From NCBI GenBank assembly GCA_024639515.1, contig JAHEIG010000001.1, positions 19,904-83,903 of the forward strand: a stretch of 64,000 bases of DNA. The letters are read 5' to 3'. Both the position numbers and the translations under genes were made by a program. Below the pieces are notes generated by a model. It saw only the letters and a program-made list of their open reading frames with translations, ran no database searches and was not told the DNA's origin. Each line of letters opens with the position of its first letter. The first letter of the stretch is position 1. Positions 61,404 to 64,000 of this stretch are shown one piece after another. This stretch comes from Rhodobiaceae bacterium (lineage in GTDB: Bacteria > Pseudomonadota > Alphaproteobacteria > RS24).

Positions 61404-61454
61404 CTAGCAACCTTTTCCACGAGGCAAAGCCTCAGCTTTTAACATTTTGGCACT

Positions 61455-61483
61455 AAAAAAAGCGGGTCTCTTTCGAGTGCCCC
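61455..61483 (-). terminator. Intrinsic terminator/attenuator in the rimP-nusA-infB leader
   Basis: On the minus strand: GGGGCACTC-GAAA-GAGACCCGC followed by TTTTTTT. About 50 nt upstream of the rimP ATG and downstream of a promoter-like site. Confidence 0.5.
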
Positions 61484-61511
61484 ACTTTCAAAAAGTGTAT
61501 CAATGAGCCGC

Positions 61512-61540
61512 ACTATACGCTTTTTCGGCCTCACCGCAAG
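61512..61540 (-). promoter_or_regulatory. Promoter candidate upstream of the rimP leader terminator
   Basis: On the minus strand: CTTGCG, a 17-nt spacer, TATAGT. Confidence 0.45.
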
Positions 61541-61604
61541 TCTTGTTTGCGAAAAACCGTCGCCTGCGCCTTTGGCCAAACCCTGCGCCTTGGCGCCTAA
61601 TATC

Positions 61605-62315
61605 TTACAAAGCCCCTTGCGAGAGGGTCTCGCGGCGGGTGAAATCGAGATATCCGGGCTGGCGGCCAGCGGCAATCGCTTTTGCTTCATAGCGCGTGCC
61701 CGGCCAGCCTTCCGGCGGGGTTAGCCAATCATCGGCCCGCGCCGCCGTCCACGCAAACCCACCATGGCGGCGCACATGGGTCAGCGTCCATGACAGATAA
61801 TCGGCAATATCGCTGGCCACCACCAGCTTGCCGCCCGGTTTCAGAACCCGAAACAGCGCATCGAGGTTTTCTTGGCTGATAAAGCGGCGCTTATTGTGTC
61901 GCAATTTCGGCCACGGGTCGGGATACAGCAGATAAATCTCGTCGAGCGCGGCAGCCCCCAGCGCGTCCAGCACATTGCGCGCGTCATCATTATAAATCCG
62001 GATATTGTCGATTTTTTCTTCATCAATGGTCAGCAATAATTTGGCCACGCCATTGAGAAATGGCTCGCAGCCAATATAGCCGGTCTGCCGGTTGGCTTGG
62101 GCCCGGGCCGCCAAATGCTCGCCGCCGCCAAAACCGATTTCCAGCACATGCCGCTGATGCGTCGTGCCAAAGCAATCGGCCAGCGAGGCCGCCTTGTCGA
62201 TGTCGAAGCGCAGTGTCGGCAACAGCTCGTCGACCAGCCGCGCTTGGCGCGGATGCAAGCGATGGCCTTGCCGACGGCCATAAATAAAGCGACGATTTTT
62301 GATGTCTTCTGTCAC
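61605..62315 (-). CDS. trmB: tRNA (guanine46-N7)-methyltransferase
   Basis: LEIGFGGGEHL, YLLYPDPWPK..H.KRR, and GG.L..ATD-like motifs. Confidence 0.9.
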   Translation of the reverse strand: MTEDIKNRRFIYGRRQGHRLHPRQARLVDELLPTLRFDIDKAASLADCFGTTHQRHVLEIGFGGGEHLAARAQANRQTGYIGCEPFLNGVAKLLLTIDEEKIDNIRIYNDDARNVLDALGAAALDEIYLLYPDPWPKLRHNKRRFISQENLDALFRVLKPGGKLVVASDIADYLSWTLTHVRRHGGFAWTAARADDWLTPPEGWPGTRYEAKAIAAGRQPGYLDFTRRETLSQGAL

Positions 62316-62335
62316 GCGCGTGCCTGCCGACCGGC

Positions 62336-63505
62336 TTATAAAGCGGCCTTAATCGCATCGACCAAATCTGTGCGCTCCCAAGAGAAGCCGCCATCGGCAT
62401 CCGGCGTCCGGCCAAAATGGCCATAGGCGGCGGTGCGCGCATAAATTGGGCGGTTCAACTGCAAATGCTCACGAATACCACGCGGGCTCAAATCCATGGC
62501 TTCGGCCACCGCTTTTTCCAGCGCGCTTTCATCAGCCGCGCCTGTGCCATTCGTATCAACCAATATTGACAGCGGTTGCGACACGCCAATCGCATAAGAC
62601 AATTGAATGGTGCAGCGCTCGGCCAGCTCAGCGGCGACGATGTTTTTCGCCAGATAGCGCGAGGCATAAGCGGCTGAGCGGTCAACCTTGGTCGGGTCTT
62701 TGCCGGAAAACGCGCCACCGCCATGCGGGGCGGCACCGCCATAGGTATCGACAATGATTTTGCGGCCCGTTAGGCCGGCGTCACCATCTGGCCCGCCAAT
62801 AACGAATGTCCCCGTTGGGTTGACGTAAAATGCCTCTTCGGGGCACATCCAGCCATCTGGCAGAACATTTTCGACAAATGGGCGCACTTTTTCGCGCACC
62901 TCAGATTGCGACAGGCCTTCATCATGCTGGGTCGAGACAACCACCGAGGTGGCACCGACCGGCTTGCCATTTTCATACCGCAACGACACCTGACTTTTGC
63001 TGTCCGGGCCAAAGCCAGTGACCGTTCCGGCGTGACGCGCGGCCGCCATATCGGCGAGAATTTGATGCGAATAAGCAATCGGTGCCGGCATCAGGCTATC
63101 GGTCTCGCGGCAAGCATAGCCAAACATAATGCCTTGGTCGCCAGCCCCTTCATCTTTATTGCCGCCATCGGCGTCAACGCCTTGCGCGATATGGGCCGAT
63201 TGCGCATGTACGCGCACTTGCACTTCGGCATTTTGCCAATGGAAACCGTCTTGCTCATAGCCAATATCTTTGACCGCTTGGCGGGCAATGGCTTCCATTT
63301 CTTCCGGCGACACCAGATTATCCGGCCGCACTTCACCGGCCAGCACAATCAGATTTGTCGTGGTCAGCGTTTCTACGGCAACGCGGGCGTCGCTTTGGCG
63401 TGACAAAAAGGCGTCAAGGACGCTGTCAGAAATGCGATCGCAAACTTTATCTGGGTGTCCCTCAGAGACGGACTCGCTTGTGAAAACATAAGACTGGCGT
63501 GGCAT
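62336..63505 (-). CDS. metK: S-adenosylmethionine synthase
   Basis: [41 protein letters not shown]. Confidence 0.97.
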   Translation of the reverse strand: MPRQSYVFTSESVSEGHPDKVCDRISDSVLDAFLSRQSDARVAVETLTTTNLIVLAGEVRPDNLVSPEEMEAIARQAVKDIGYEQDGFHWQNAEVQVRVHAQSAHIAQGVDADGGNKDEGAGDQGIMFGYACRETDSLMPAPIAYSHQILADMAAARHAGTVTGFGPDSKSQVSLRYENGKPVGATSVVVSTQHDEGLSQSEVREKVRPFVENVLPDGWMCPEEAFYVNPTGTFVIGGPDGDAGLTGRKIIVDTYGGAAPHGGGAFSGKDPTKVDRSAAYASRYLAKNIVAAELAERCTIQLSYAIGVSQPLSILVDTNGTGAADESALEKAVAEAMDLSPRGIREHLQLNRPIYARTAAYGHFGRTPDADGGFSWERTDLVDAIKAAL

Positions 63506-63571
63506 ATTTCGCTCCCAACGTGTCGAAAACTTACGGCACTTTTTCTCGCAGGTCAGTGTGCCAGCGTCAAG

Positions 63572-64000
63572 TCAGGATTTCGTATCTCCGGCAACCCGCG
63601 CAATATCTTCGACAATGGCGAGGATTTTTCGCCGCGTTACATCATCTTCTATTTTCAAAAACGCCTTATTAAGTTGGACACCTTCACCACTGGAAACGAA
63701 ATCCAAATAGGGGGACACCGTATTGGCCTCTTGCAAAGAGTCATAATCGGATGGCAAATCGGGGTTGCTCAGCCCTTCAAAGAAATAATTCACCGGCACA
63801 CTCAACGCCCGCGCCAAAGCATATAGGCGGCTGGCTGAAATACGGTTCACGCCCTTCTCATATTTCTGAATTTGTTGGAATGTCAGAGACAGTTGTCCAC
63901 CCAAAGACTCTTGGCTCATCCCCAGCATCAATCTGCGCAGGCGTACACGGGCGCCTATATACGCATCAATAGTTTGTTCCCTTTTTTCGTGGCATTTTAG
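63572..64000 (-). CDS. XRE family helix-turn-helix transcriptional regulator, 5' end outside window
   Basis: The minus-strand frame stays open from 63931 to the window edge (…IDAYIGARVRLRRLMLGMSQESLGGQLSLTFQQIQKYEKGVNRISASRL). It is the canonical XRE HTH. The track start at 63931 is an internal TTG. Confidence 0.75.
   Translation of the reverse strand, partial: LKCHEKREQTIDAYIGARVRLRRLMLGMSQESLGGQLSLTFQQIQKYEKGVNRISASRLYALARALSVPVNYFFEGLSNPDLPSDYDSLQEANTVSPYLDFVSSGEGVQLNKAFLKIEDDVTRRKILAIVEDIARVAGDTKS

Noticed and set aside
61404-61604. Initiator tRNA gene upstream of rimP, as in the E. coli metY-rimP-nusA operon
   Set aside because: There is no cloverleaf-compatible sequence and no GGTTCGAATCC-like T-arm. 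The spacer holds a promoter-like site and a terminator instead.
63506-63571. SAM-responsive riboswitch (SAM-II or SAM/SAH type) in the metK 5' region
   Set aside because: The spacer is only 66 nt. One 5-bp hairpin (GGCAC...GUGCC) can be drawn, but I see no pseudoknot pairing with the GGGAG RBS and no resemblance to the consensus sequences as I recall them. An Rfam covariance-model scan would decide.

Overview
The window reads as a compact alphaproteobacterial chromosome segment: about 64 protein-coding genes, short spacers, and many start/stop overlaps. I found no rRNA or tRNA genes, no CRISPR array, and no transposase, integrase or phage genes. All family calls come from reading the translated ORFs and recalling motifs. 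No database search was run.

Layout:
- 1-23 kb looks accessory (metabolism and transport): PEP-mutase family, YeiH-like/TetR, SDRs, two DUF2855-like paralogs, DUF4396-like, two MFS transporters, an ExxH-motif protein, a StyC-like 4-TM protein, an M48 peptidase, a Cys-rich protein with a Met/His-rich outer-membrane barrel, mce, purT, GST, esterase, a saccharopine-dehydrogenase-like protein, HAD and an RND/MMPL transporter.
- 23.5-64 kb is conserved core:
  - mmcB; ankyrin-regB-regA facing senC; a class A PBP
  - gyrB-recF-dnaN-dnaA-rpsT; an enoyl-CoA hydratase
  - mutM facing ubiE-ubiB-coaBC-dut-rrf2-cysK-moeB; a 2-hydroxyacid dehydrogenase
  - irr followed by a rubrerythrin / CCG Fe-S protein / DUF3501 operon
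  - fabA-fabB; pnp-rpsO-truB-rbfA-infB-ylxR-nusA-rimP; trmB-metK; an edge-truncated XRE regulator

Best candidates for undescribed biology:
1. A five-gene module at 4.2-8.8 kb made of uncharacterised families. It ends in a small membrane protein whose His/Asn/Tyr spacing mirrors styrene-oxide isomerase, next to a protein with a diiron-like (E..ExxH)x2 pattern.
2. The rubrerythrin / HdrD-like / DUF3501 operon, preceded by a near-perfect Irr iron-control element directly downstream of irr.
3. An orphan promoter-plus-terminator unit at 23.34-23.43 kb that could encode a small RNA with a CCUCCUC loop.
4. A periplasmic ankyrin-repeat gene translationally coupled to regB.

Many long antisense ORFs in the track are treated as GC-driven artefacts.
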